DNA of 64,000 nt from the NCBI RefSeq assembly GCF_006345805.1, contig NC_043020.1:6572001-6636000 (forward strand), in the 5' to 3' direction. Positions within the stretch are counted from its first letter, which is position 1. Every line of letters starts with the position of its first letter. The notes under the pieces are model-generated. The model searched no databases, was not told where the DNA came from, and saw only the letters and a program-made list of their open reading frames with translations. Positions 1 to 11,953 of this stretch are shown here, piece by piece. Both the position numbers and the translations under genes were made by a program. Source of the stretch: Octopus sinensis. Lineage: Eukaryota.

Positions 1-1967
1 TTAAAAATCATCTCCAGCTAATTGCCGAGAGGATGTCGATGTTGCCTTGGCGGAGGTTTGCGCTCTCTGGGTGCTCTTGTTGAAATTTGAAATGGATAAC
101 CCAAAATTTCATATTCACATTGTAATGCTGTGATGCTGCAAAGACATTTGTGAAGTGTGTGGTGATGCTGCTCAACAGTTTGAAGGTGGTTTGCTAAATT
201 TAAAGCGGGAGTTTAGCTTGGAAGATGACAGATGCAATGGAAGACCCTTCAGAATTGGATACTCTTACTCCTTTACTTGTTTCAGTCATTTGACTGTGGC
301 CATGCTGGAGCACCGCCCTTAGTTGAGCAAATCGACCCCAGGACTTGTTCTTTGTAAGCCTAGTACTACTTATTCTATCGGCCTCTTTTTGCCGAACCAC
401 TAAGTTACGGCGATGTAAATACACCAGTATCGATTCCAAGCGATGTTGGGGGGACAAACACAGACACACAAACATATACACTCACATATATATATACGAT
501 GGGCTTCTTTCATTTTCCGTCTACCAAATCCACTCAAGGCTCTGGTCGTCCCGAGGCTATAGTAGAAGACACTTGCTCATGGTGCCGTGCAGTGTGACTG
601 AACCTGGAACCATGTGGTTGGTAAGCAAGCTACTTACCACACAGCCACTCCTATGCCTAGGTTGAGGACGTTTTGAAGGTAAAAATTGGAAAAAAAGAAC
701 AAGGACCATAGCGGTCATTTTTGACCAGGTGATTAAAGGATTTGAAAAAGTAAAAAGTACTTCTAGTGTTAAGTTGTGAGTTCAAATCCTGCTGAGGTCA
801 ACTTTGCCTTTTATTGCTTGGGTTTATGTAATTAACTCCTCCTCCCCTCAAAATTTACTTAAAATAAGATTTATATTATTATTATTATTAAAGTAGAATT
901 GTCCTAGTGCTGGTAGAATTGTCCTAGTTCTCTAAGTTCAGGGTTCAATCTCCACTGAGGTCATCTTTGCCTTTCATCCTTTTGGGGGTTGATAAAATAA
1001 GTACAATTGAAGTACTGGTCATCTTGGTACTCTGTCAGCTCCGATGACACGAGTTCCAGTTGATCCGATCAATGAAACATCCTGCTCATGAAATTAATGT
1101 TCAAGTGGCCGAGTACTCCACAGACATCTTGTATCTTTTACTGGCTTCAGCCATTTAACTTGTGGCCATGCTGGGGCACACCACCTTTGAAATTTTAATT
1201 GAATGTATTGACTTTTTTGTTTTTAAAACCTGTACTTTATCAGTATCTTTTTGCCAAACTGCTAAGTTACAGGGATGTAACCAGTTTTGTTTTCTATAAA
1301 TTTGAATTATATGTTTATAGGACGAAAGGTGAGGTTGATCTCAGCAATATCTGAAAGCCAGAGGGGCAGCAAGCTGGCAGAATCGTTAGCATGCCGGGTG
1401 AAATGCTTAGCAGTATTTCATCTGCTGTTACGTTCTGAGTTCAAATTCCGCCGAGGTCGACTTTGCCTTTCATCCTTTTGGGGTCGATTAAATAAGTACC
1501 AGTTATGCACTAGGGTCAATACAATCGACTTAATCCGTTTGTCTGTCCTTATTTGTCCCCTCTGTGTTTAGCCCCTTGTGGGTAGTAAAGAAAAAGGTAT
1601 TTCGTCTGCTGTTATGTTCTGAGTTCAAATTCCGCCGAGGTCAACTTTGCCTTTCATCCTTTCGGGGTCGCTTGAATCTTTTTACACATGCCACTGGCAC
1701 AGGTGCCAGTAAGGTGATGCTGGTAACAATCACGCTCGAATGGTTTCTCCTACATGCCACCGGCATGGAGGCCAGATAGCCGCTCTGGCAATGATCACAC
1801 TCAGATGGTGCTCTTTAAGGCGACGCTGGTAACAATCACGCTCGAATGGTGCCTTTTAAGTGCCACTGGCACGGAAGCCGGTTAGCCGCTCTGTCAATGA
1901 TCACACTCGTATGGTGCTCTTTGCACCCCGCTAGTACGGACGCCAGTCATTGAATTGGATTTTGATT

Positions 1968-2012
<45 letters not shown>

Positions 2013-2406
2013 GGGTGTCCATATATATATGCTAGCTTAATTTAATTCATCCTTAGTCAAGACATCTGTTGTTATGTCCTGTTATTTGTATTTGTGTACC
2101 ATTTCTCCCTTTTTTTTCTGTCCTTGTTTTCATATACATTTGCTGCTTTCTTCCAAGGAATCTAATGCTCTTAGCTTAGTTTTTTCTTGGGGCTGGCCAG
2201 ATTGGAGCAATCTCGAGTATAATCAGCCGAAATTGCAAAGATAATCTGGAACTTGACTGAGGAAACAAAACTCCGAATGACTTGTCTTTGTTTTTTTCTT
2301 GTCATTTTTTGTATCATGTCTGGATGTTTTGTGTTCTTGTCCCATTTTTTTGTATTCCTTTATCTCTCTACATATATCTATCTATCCATCTATATATATA
2401 TATATA

Positions 2407-2833
2407 AATAAAACAATACTGGGAGGATGAGAAACGGAACGAAGCAACGAATCGAACGAACCCGACGCGAAGCGCTGTCAGACAATAGTGTAATAAATAA
2501 AATATATGCATACATACATACATATATGTACGTACCTACATCTACATGTATATATACATGCATATATAAATATATATACGTAAGTACAGGACACCACAAA
2601 AAGACGTAGAACTCAACAGAAACGAAAACGGAAAAGCCATTTTTTTACAACAGAAAGACAGAGACATGGAACAGGACGAGAACGAAAACGGGAAAAGCAT
2701 TATTTACAACAGAAAAACAAAGTACAGGACAAGCTATATTTTATTTATTACACTATTGTCTGACAGCGCTTCGCGTCGGGTTCGTTCTATTCTTCGCTTC
2801 GTTCCGTTTCTCATCCTCCCAGTATTGTTTTAT
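2407..2833. mobile_element. Non-autonomous element with about 95-bp terminal inverted repeats, in a (TA)n context
   Basis: 2408-2503 is the reverse complement of 2736-2832. Confidence 0.75.
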
Positions 2834-4395
2834 AATATAATTATGACGCGAAATTCTCTCCCTTTGCTTTACCTTCTCCTATCTCTCTCCCTCTTCCTCA
2901 TCTCTCTCTCTCAGCCGCGTGTCTTCCTCTATCTCTCTCTCTCCTCCTCACTTTTGTCACTGCTAATCCTTTTGCACGCTGCTTTCAAACTGTAAAGTCA
3001 TGTTTCCATGCGCTTGCCAGAACCTCTTCCGTCCCAGCCAGAACAAAGGCCTTTTCGTTTGTTTTCTTGTTTATTTTGATTTCTCGTATTGTATTTTATT
3101 GTGCAGTTTTATTGTTACGTCCTGTTTGTGTTACATTTTTTCGTGCTTGTTTTACCCCTCTGCGAGGTTATTTTATTTTAATTCTCTCTCGCAGGAAGGC
3201 CTAGTATTGACGAGTCGTGTCCTGTCTTGCCTTCGAAACACGCTTAAGTCTACTAGCGACAGCTGATGATTGGGGATTTTCCTTGTGTAGCTTGTCCTGT
3301 ACTTTGTTTTTCTGTTGTAAATAACATTTTTCCCGTTTTCGTTCTCGTCCTGTTCCACGTCTCTGTCCTTCTGTTGTAAAAAACTACACAGTTCAGATGC
3401 TAACCTCTAAACCACACACACACACATTCTCTCTCACCCACACGCTCACACACTCCCATACAAAAACAACCTTGTCAAACAATAAACAATAACAAAACCA
3501 TTTTTCCAACAATAAATTTACATTTTATTTCCTTTTTCCAAATTTTTATTTTTTTGTTCCATTTTGTAAACTTTCCCTCCCCTATATGTAAATATACACT
3601 TTCAACCCCTTCTTTCACTTGTAGTACCCCCACCCCCCACTCTTCCAAAACTCGCCCCACCCCCCGCACACATACTTTAATCTTTCCGTGAAACCCAAGG
3701 GTTCTTTTTTTTTTAAAAATGTTTTTTTGTACTTTTTCCAAACCAGATCTATTGTCTTTTTTTATATTTTACTCTCTCTCTCTCGCTCTCTCTCTCACTG
3801 ATGCTCTGCTCTCATCCTCTCATCATCATTAATTTATAATTATTTTTTAATTATTGTCGTGTCCGTGTGTTCGTTTTATTTATGAAAAAAAAAAACAACA
3901 AAAAACAAAGAAAACAACCAAAAAAAGCAATTAAAAATTAAATTTACTAACCGTGTGTGTATATATATATATAAATAAATATATATATGGATGTGTTTAT
4001 ATCATATATACTTCTGTACGTGTGTGTATAATATATAAATCTACATATATAGTTTCACACATGTATATAAATATATACACACACACATGTTTATATATAC
4101 ACAAATACATGCTTTATGTATGTGTTTATACATATCAACATTTCCTTTTTTTCCAGTGTGTATATATATATATACACACCCACATTTGATACATGTATCA
4201 CATGTTTATACATATATGTATACACACATACATAAATACGTTTCATGTGTGTGTGTATATATATATATCTATTTTGTTTTTTTTCCAGTGTATGTGTGTG
4301 TATATATACACACACACACACACATATATATATACACACCCACATTTGATACATATATCATATATATGTATACACACATACATAAATACGTTTCA

Positions 4396-4434
<39 letters not shown>

Positions 4435-4532
4435 CTATTTTGTCTTTTTTCCAGTGTGTGTGTGTGTATATATACACACAGACGTATACATATATATATG
4501 CACACACATACATACACACTTATGTGTTCTCT

Positions 4533-5558
4533 TTATCTTACACCGTCCTGGAAATGACCAGATATGTAGTTCTCAGGACAGACGATGTCACTGAAGTCCG
4601 TGTCCTGTTCGGTGTCATCGTCAGCGAATCTGTTATCGTCGATGAATTCACTGACCACAGCCGATGATGGGGTGACGTCGCCACCACACTGGTCAGCTTG
4701 CCGGTCAAGCCGGACGCTGACCTCTTCAATGGCAGGAATATGGTCGACGAGAAGCGTGTACTGCTCGTCGTAGTCCTCGCAGTTGTCGTCAAAGAAGTTC
4801 TCGTTGTCCGAGTGCTCTCGGTCCGAGTCGTCATCATCGTCCAGATCAAACGCATAATCGAACGAGTGTCTTCGGTTGTTGCGGTCAATCTGATGATGAT
4901 GCTGATTGTTACTGTCCACACCACTGACGCTGCTACTGCTGTTGTTGCTGAAATATCTGCGCGTTGCGGGCCTTTCCTGTCCGACGACGTACTCGAAGTT
5001 CCCATGCTCGCTATCATCATCGTCGTCGTCCTCATCTTCGGAATTACTTCCGACGTTGTTGTCCGCCCTGTTGTCCAGCTCTGCTCCTTCGACACTGTCC
5101 TCCATGGCTTCAATTTCCGTGTTGTCCACCACCACAGCTGCTGCGGCCGCCGCTGCCGCTGCCAGCCTGTACTGGTTGCGATGACTGTCCGTCTGCCGGC
5201 TGATCGCGTCGTCGTAGTAGTGCTCGAGGTCAGGGTTCTCCATTTCGTCGTCTTCGTCATCGTCGTCGTCATAGGACTCGCCCCCATCCGTGTCCCCGTC
5301 GTAGTCCCATTCGCCAAGCTCCTGTGCGATCCTTCTGTACCGTGTCTCCTGCAGGACGCCCTTTGCTCGGCGCGTCTTTGGGTGGTCGGGTCCCAGGATC
5401 TCTTCGCTGACCCTCGCCCACTTCTTGAAGTACTCGTAGGCCTTCCGGTATTCCTTGTTGTCTTCGTAGACGATCCCAATATTGATGTAGAGTCTTGAAG
5501 TCAGGATGTGATACTCGCCGTACATTTGCATACACAGGTCCATCGCTTGGTTGTACAA
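4533..5558 (-). CDS. Terminal coding exon 20: TPR-like repeats, then a D/E-rich tail with a poly-Ala run; ends TAA
   Basis: ttccag|TTG; 1026-nt open frame (ORF track 4533..5558). Confidence 0.92.
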   Translation of the reverse strand: MYNQAMDLCMQMYGEYHILTSRLYINIGIVYEDNKEYRKAYEYFKKWARVSEEILGPDHPKTRRAKGVLQETRYRRIAQELGEWDYDGDTDGGESYDDDDDEDDEMENPDLEHYYDDAISRQTDSHRNQYRLAAAAAAAAAVVVDNTEIEAMEDSVEGAELDNRADNNVGSNSEDEDDDDDDSEHGNFEYVVGQERPATRRYFSNNSSSSVSGVDSNNQHHHQIDRNNRRHSFDYAFDLDDDDDSDREHSDNENFFDDNCEDYDEQYTLLVDHIPAIEEVSVRLDRQADQCGGDVTPSSAVVSEFIDDNRFADDDTEQDTDFSDIVCPENYISGHFQDGVR

Positions 5559-6997
5559 CTGGAATGAGAGAGAAGGAGAGAAAAGAAGAGATTAATATAT
5601 ACTGCGATATATGTACGCATACGTAGGTACTAATAGACACATATGAAAGAGAGAGAGTGTATAAATATACAACTGGAAATCACATTTATACTCAAAAGCT
5701 AGAGAAACCGTGCCAAATCAGATTGGAGCCTGGTGTGGCATCCTGGCTTGCCAGTCCTCAGTTAAACTGTCCAACCCATGCCAGCAGGGAAAGCAGACGT
5801 TAAACAACAATAATGATGATGAAAGTCTAAGAGAATTACTTAGTACAGTTTTGAAGTGTAAAAGTGATTTTTAAAAATTATTTAAGAAAAAAAAGATGTT
5901 ACAAAATCTTTTATCACGAAGTTACTAACCTCTTTTGGGAATAAAGTTTTTTTTCTAGTGTGTGAATGCTTTCGTTTATATATTGTTTGTTTTCATGTTC
6001 ACATATCATAAAAACAATTTCATATTAGGCGTAGGAGTGGCTGTGTGGTAAGTAGCTTGCTTACCAACCACATGGTTCCGGGTTCAGTCTCACTGCTCTG
6101 CATGGCACCTTGGGCAAATGTCTTCTACTATAGCCTCGGGCCAACTAAAGCCTTGTGAGTGGATTTGGTAGACGGAAACTGAAAGAAGCCCGTCGTATAT
6201 ATGTATGTGTGTCTGTCTTCCCAACATCGCTTGACAAATTGATGCTGGTGTGTTTATGTCCCCATAACTTTGCGGTTCGGCAAAAGAGACCGATAGAATA
6301 AGTACTAGGCTTACAAAGAATAAGTCCTGGGGGTTGATTTGCTCGACTAAAGGCAGTGCTCCAGCATGGCCACAGTCAAATGACTGAAACAAGCAAAAGA
6401 GTTATCATCTAACGATAACTATACAGGCCAACATATATATATATATATATATTCTGAGTAAACAAAGCTGCATAGCAGTGCCCTGCCAAATGAATATGTA
6501 GGTGAACCAATTAAATGGACACAAATGCTGCATCACAGAACCCCAGGACACTGACACAGCAGAAACACGTGTTGGGTTGAAAGCTAATGTCAATTCAATG
6601 AAAGCATTACTGTAATAAACAGGTTTTGAAGATGTTTAATTCTCCGTTCTTCTTATTTATGATGTTTTGTTTATGTTATATATCTATTTCTTTATTGCCC
6701 ACAAGAGGGGACAAACAAGGGCAGACAAAGGGATTAAGTCGATTACATAGACCCCAGTGCGTGACTGGTATTTATTTAATTGACCCCTGAAAAGATGAAA
6801 GGAATTTGAACTCAGAATGTAATGGCAGCCGAAATACTGCTAAGCATTTCGCCTGTTTAAAGTCCACCTTCTATGTTGGCATGGGTTGGATGGTTTGACG
6901 GGTCCACAGGAGCCGGATGGGTAGAAGACTACACCAGACTTCTGTGTTTTGGTACGGCTTTTACAGCCAAATGCCCTTCCTAACATCACACACCTTA

Positions 6998-7042
<45 letters not shown>

Positions 7043-10000
7043 CTCTTATGCATACACACACATACACCCATCTTATGCACACATACACACACCCATCTTA
7101 TGCATACACACACACACACCCATCTTATGCATACACACACACACACCATCTTATGCATACACACACACACACCCATCTTATGCATACACACACACATCTT
7201 ATGCATACACACACACCCATCTTATGCATACACACACACATGTCCATCTTATGCATACACACACACCCATCCTATGCACACACACACACACACATCTTAT
7301 GTATATACACACAGATGCACAAATGTATAAGAGCAGAGGTGTAAGATCCATGGCTAGAAGTCTGCTCCCCCACTGCATGCTTCCAGGTCCAGTCCCATTG
7401 TGTGGAACCTTGGGCAAGTTTCTTCTACTATAGCCTTGCCCCGACCAAAGCCTTGAGTGGATTTGGTAGACGGAAACTGAAAGAAGCCCGTCGTATATAT
7501 ATATATATATATACACACCAACAACCATTGTTGGTGTGTTTACATCCCCACTGCAACTTAGCAGTTTGGCAAAAGGCTGCTAAAATAACTCTTGGGGGAT
7601 CGATTCCTTTGACTAAAAAACTCAAGGCAGTGCCCCAGCATGGCCACAGTCAAATGACTGACACAAGTAAAAGATAAACTTAAAGAAGAATGCTTAAAGA
7701 CATTGCAAACGGCAGGAATTGGCAACTTTATCAAAGAACCCAGAGAAATCCCTTACTTTCAGCTGTTCCATGCTCCCTCGTGTTGCTAGAACTCCTTTTG
7801 TCATCAAAGCTTCGGCATAGTGACCAATGTCGTTCAGCTGGAAAGGAATCAAAGACAGTTTTTGGGTAAAGTTTGTCTTGGTGTTGTGTGTCTTTTAAAA
7901 TTTTTATTTCAGGAAGGAAAATTCAAAGTGAAAATTTTTTTTTAAATAATGGAAAAAAATACTCTTTTTGGAAATTTGATTGGTTGTCTGTAAATTCTAA
8001 CCATGATGGTGGCTGTGACAGTGGTGGTGGTAGTTGTGATGGTAGTGGCAGATGTGGTGGTAGTTGCAACAGTGGTGATAGTTGTGATGGTAGTAGTGGC
8101 TGTGATGATGGTAGTAGTTGTAACGATGGCAGTGGCTGTTGTGATAATGGTGGTGGTGGTAGTTGTGATGGTGTTGGTGGTGGCAGTTGTGGTGGTTGCG
8201 ACAGTGGTGGTAGTTGTGATGGTAGTGGCAGATGTGGTGGTAGTTGCAACAGTGGTGATAGTTGTGATGGTAGTAGTGGCTGTGATGATGGTAGTAGTTG
8301 TAACGATGGCAGTGGCTGTTGTGATAATGGTGGTGGTGGTAGTTGTGATGGTGTTGGTGGTGGCAGTTGTGGTGGTTGCGACAGTGGTGGTAGTTGTGAT
8401 GGTAGTGGCAGATGTGGTGGTGGCTGTGATGATGGTGGTGGTGGCAGTTGTGATAATGGTGGTGGTGGTAGTGGTTGCAACAGTAGTGGTAGTTGTGATG
8501 GTAGTGGCAGATGTGATGATGGTGGTAGTTGTGAAATTGGTGGCTGTGACAGTGGTGGTGGTTGTAACGATGGTGGCGGCTGTTGTGATAACGGTGGTGG
8601 TGGTGGTAGTTGTGATGGTAGTAGCAGATGTGATGGTGGTGGTGGCTGTGATGATGATGGTGGTGGCAGTTGTGATAATGGTGCTGGCAGTTGTGGTGGT
8701 AGTTGTGATGGTAGTGGCAGATGTAATGGTGGTGGTTGCAACATTGGTAATGGTTACGATGATAGTAGTCGGGGTGGCTGTGATGGTTGTGGTGTTAGTG
8801 ATGTTGGTTTGTGAATGGTGGTGCTGGGAGTGGCTATAATGGTGGTGAGGGGAGTTGTAGTAGCAGTGGTGGCAAATCAGAGAAACGAGCACAAGCCTTC
8901 CAGCCATGACCATCCAGTCTAATATCAAAAATGTTTCCATTTAGGAATATATCCCAATGCACATTAACCAACATTTCCTTTTTGTTAAAGCAGTAGGCTG
9001 TAATTTGAGGGAGATTTGGCTACTATGGTTTATAACCCTAGGTCAAATGTGATAGCACCAACTTATAATCAAGGCATTCCTGCCATGACATTCCCATCTT
9101 TTTGTAGGTGTGTCTTGGACTACATTATCTAATGTGCCCTTTAATTTTTTTTTAAAGATGGCAAAGTTATGATTTGAGTGACATTTAGCTGCTATTTCTA
9201 AGCGTACTGAGTGACCCTATAATGATTCAATGGCTTGAATGTGATGGTGTTTATGATGGTGATGATGACTGTGATGCTTATGAAAATGGAGCTTTATGAT
9301 TAACAGTGATAATGAATGATGACTAATGATGATGTTTGAGATGACTGATGGTGATTATGATATCACTGATGTTGATGATGACTAATGATAATGTTTGTGA
9401 TGACTGATGGTGATTATGACGTCACTGATTTTGATGAATGGTTATGGCGATGATGACTGATGGTTATGAAAATGGAGCTTAATGATTAACAGTGATAATG
9501 AATGATGACTAATGATAATGTTTGTGATGACTGATGGTGATTATGATATCACTGATGTTGATGAATGGTTATGATGGCGATGATGACTGATGCTTATGAA
9601 AATGGAGCTTAATGATTAACAGTGATAATGAATGATGACTAATGACTGTTTGTGATGACTGGTAGTGATTTTGATGAGTGGTTATGATGGTGATAATGAC
9701 TCATGAATAACCGCAATGACTGATGGTGACTGACAGTGATTAAGATGATGACTAATGATTATGTTTGTGATGACTGGTAGTGATTTTGATGAATGGTTAT
9801 GATGGCAGTGATGATTGATGATGACTAATGATTATGTTTGTGATGACTGGTAGTGATTTTGATGAATGGTTATGATGGCAGTGATGATTGATGGTGATAA
9901 TGACTCATGAATAACCGCAATGACTGATGGTGACTGACAGTGATGAAGATGATGACTATGATTATGTTTGTGATGACTGGTAGTGATTTTGATGAATGGT

Positions 10001-11909
10001 TATGATGGCAGTGATGATTGATGATGACTAATGATTATGTTTGTGATGACTGGTAGTGATTTTGATGAATGGTTATGATGGCAGTGATGATTGATGGTGA
10101 TAATGACTCATGAATAACCGCAATGACTGATGGTGACTGACAGTGATGAAGATGATGACTAATGATTATGTTTGTGGTGATTGATGGTGATTAATGACTC
10201 ATGAATAACCGCAATGACTGATGGTGACTGACAGTGATTAAGATGATGGCTAAAAACCCAGATACCAACCTCTTGGAATATCTTTATGGCCACATCAATA
10301 CAACGGTTGCCCTCAGCTAATGCTTCACTTCCAGGCATTTCGGTGCTGCCACCACAGGCTTCCCAGCTTTCCATGTTGAATGCTAGCTTCATAAGGCTCA
10401 TCCCTAGCTTAAACTGAAACAAACAACAACAACAATAAAACCGTTTTCAAATTTTAGCACAAGGCCAGCAATTCAGGGGGAAGGGGAGTAAGTCGATTAC
10501 ATCGGTTCCCCCCCAGTGTTCAACTGGTACTTATTGTATTGACCCCGAAAAGGATGAAAGGCAAAGTCGACCTCGGTGGAATTTGAACTCGGAAAGGGTA
10601 GCATTCGGACTCAGAATGCAAAGACGGAAGAAATGAAGGTAAGCATTTTGCTGGTGTGATAACAATGCTGCCAGCTTGCCACATTAATAATAATAATAAT
10701 GATGATAGCAAAGCTACCTAGCTCAGATACCAGGAAACCCCAAAATGGCAGAAATTCAAAAGATAGTGCTCATAGGAAGGAACTGCCCATATCCTATGTA
10801 AAATACTTTCTATGTAATCTCAAGTTTTAAAACAAACATAATTTTTTTATGGTTTCTTAAAACATTCTCTAGAGCAACACAATGTACAAAACCAAATATA
10901 TGGCACCCTAGGCATTAATGCCAATATGAACTTCTAACTTGTTGTCTCTTGAGGTCTCTGGGTGAGACTTGGAGCCAACTTGTACAAATACAAAGCAAAA
11001 GTCAAACATAAAATGATAATAATAATAATACCAGGAACAGAAAATCCAATAATGGCAGAAGTTCAAAAGATAGTGCTCATGGGAACTGCCCATATCCTAT
11101 GCAAAATATTTTCTATGTAATCTCAAGTTTTAAAACAAACATAATTTTCTTATAGTTTCTTAAACATTTTCTAGAACAACACTATGCACAAAACCAAATA
11201 TATGACACCCTAGGCATTAACGCCATTGACCAGCCCAAGATTATCATAGAAAACACTTGTATTATAATTATTTATAAAATTTGCTTCTTTACCAAATTGT
11301 ACATGTAGGGATTATCTCAGGGGACTGAGATACGTGGCACATTGCAATACTTGAGAACACCCGTCCACCACAACAAAACTGCGATCCTAAAACCAAGGCG
11401 CCATGTAAAAAGCATTGGTTGTCACACAGTGGGACTGAACCCAAGACCACACGGTTGCAAAGCCAGCTTCTTAACCACACAGCCACAGATCTCCGGAAAG
11501 AAGAGACTTTACTGTACTTCACAAAACATCAACATTTAATGTCCGTTTTCCATGCTGGTATGGGTCGGACAATTTGAAAGGAACTGGCAAGGCTGGAGGG
11601 CTGCACCAGGTTCCATAAGTCTGTTTTGGCTTGGTTTCTACAGCTGGATGCCTTTCCTAATGCCAACCACTCCAGTGTGTACTGGGTGCTTTTTACATAA
11701 TTTTTTTACAGGGCACCAGCATGAGGGCTTTTATGTGGCCCCCAGCACCCACACCAATGCTTTTTATGTGGCATCTTGGTTTTAGGATCTCAATTCTATT
11801 GTGGTGGGTGGGTTTTCTTGAGTGCCACATATCTTGGTCCTCTGAGATAACCTCTGCATGAACAATACGGTAAAGAATAAGAGGTTAAAAATAATTATAA
11901 CACAAACAT

Positions 11910-11953
<44 letters not shown>

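Noticed and set aside
4538-5498. Overlapping alternative-frame and antisense ORFs on the last exon
   Set aside because: Shadows of the GC-rich, low-complexity coding exon.
7873-8940. Gly/Cys-rich, Thr-rich, Pro-rich and Val/Met-rich ORFs of 270-330 aa
   Set aside because: Several frames on both strands stay open because the triplet array lacks stops. The Gly/Cys frame has no ATG start, and the region is intronic.
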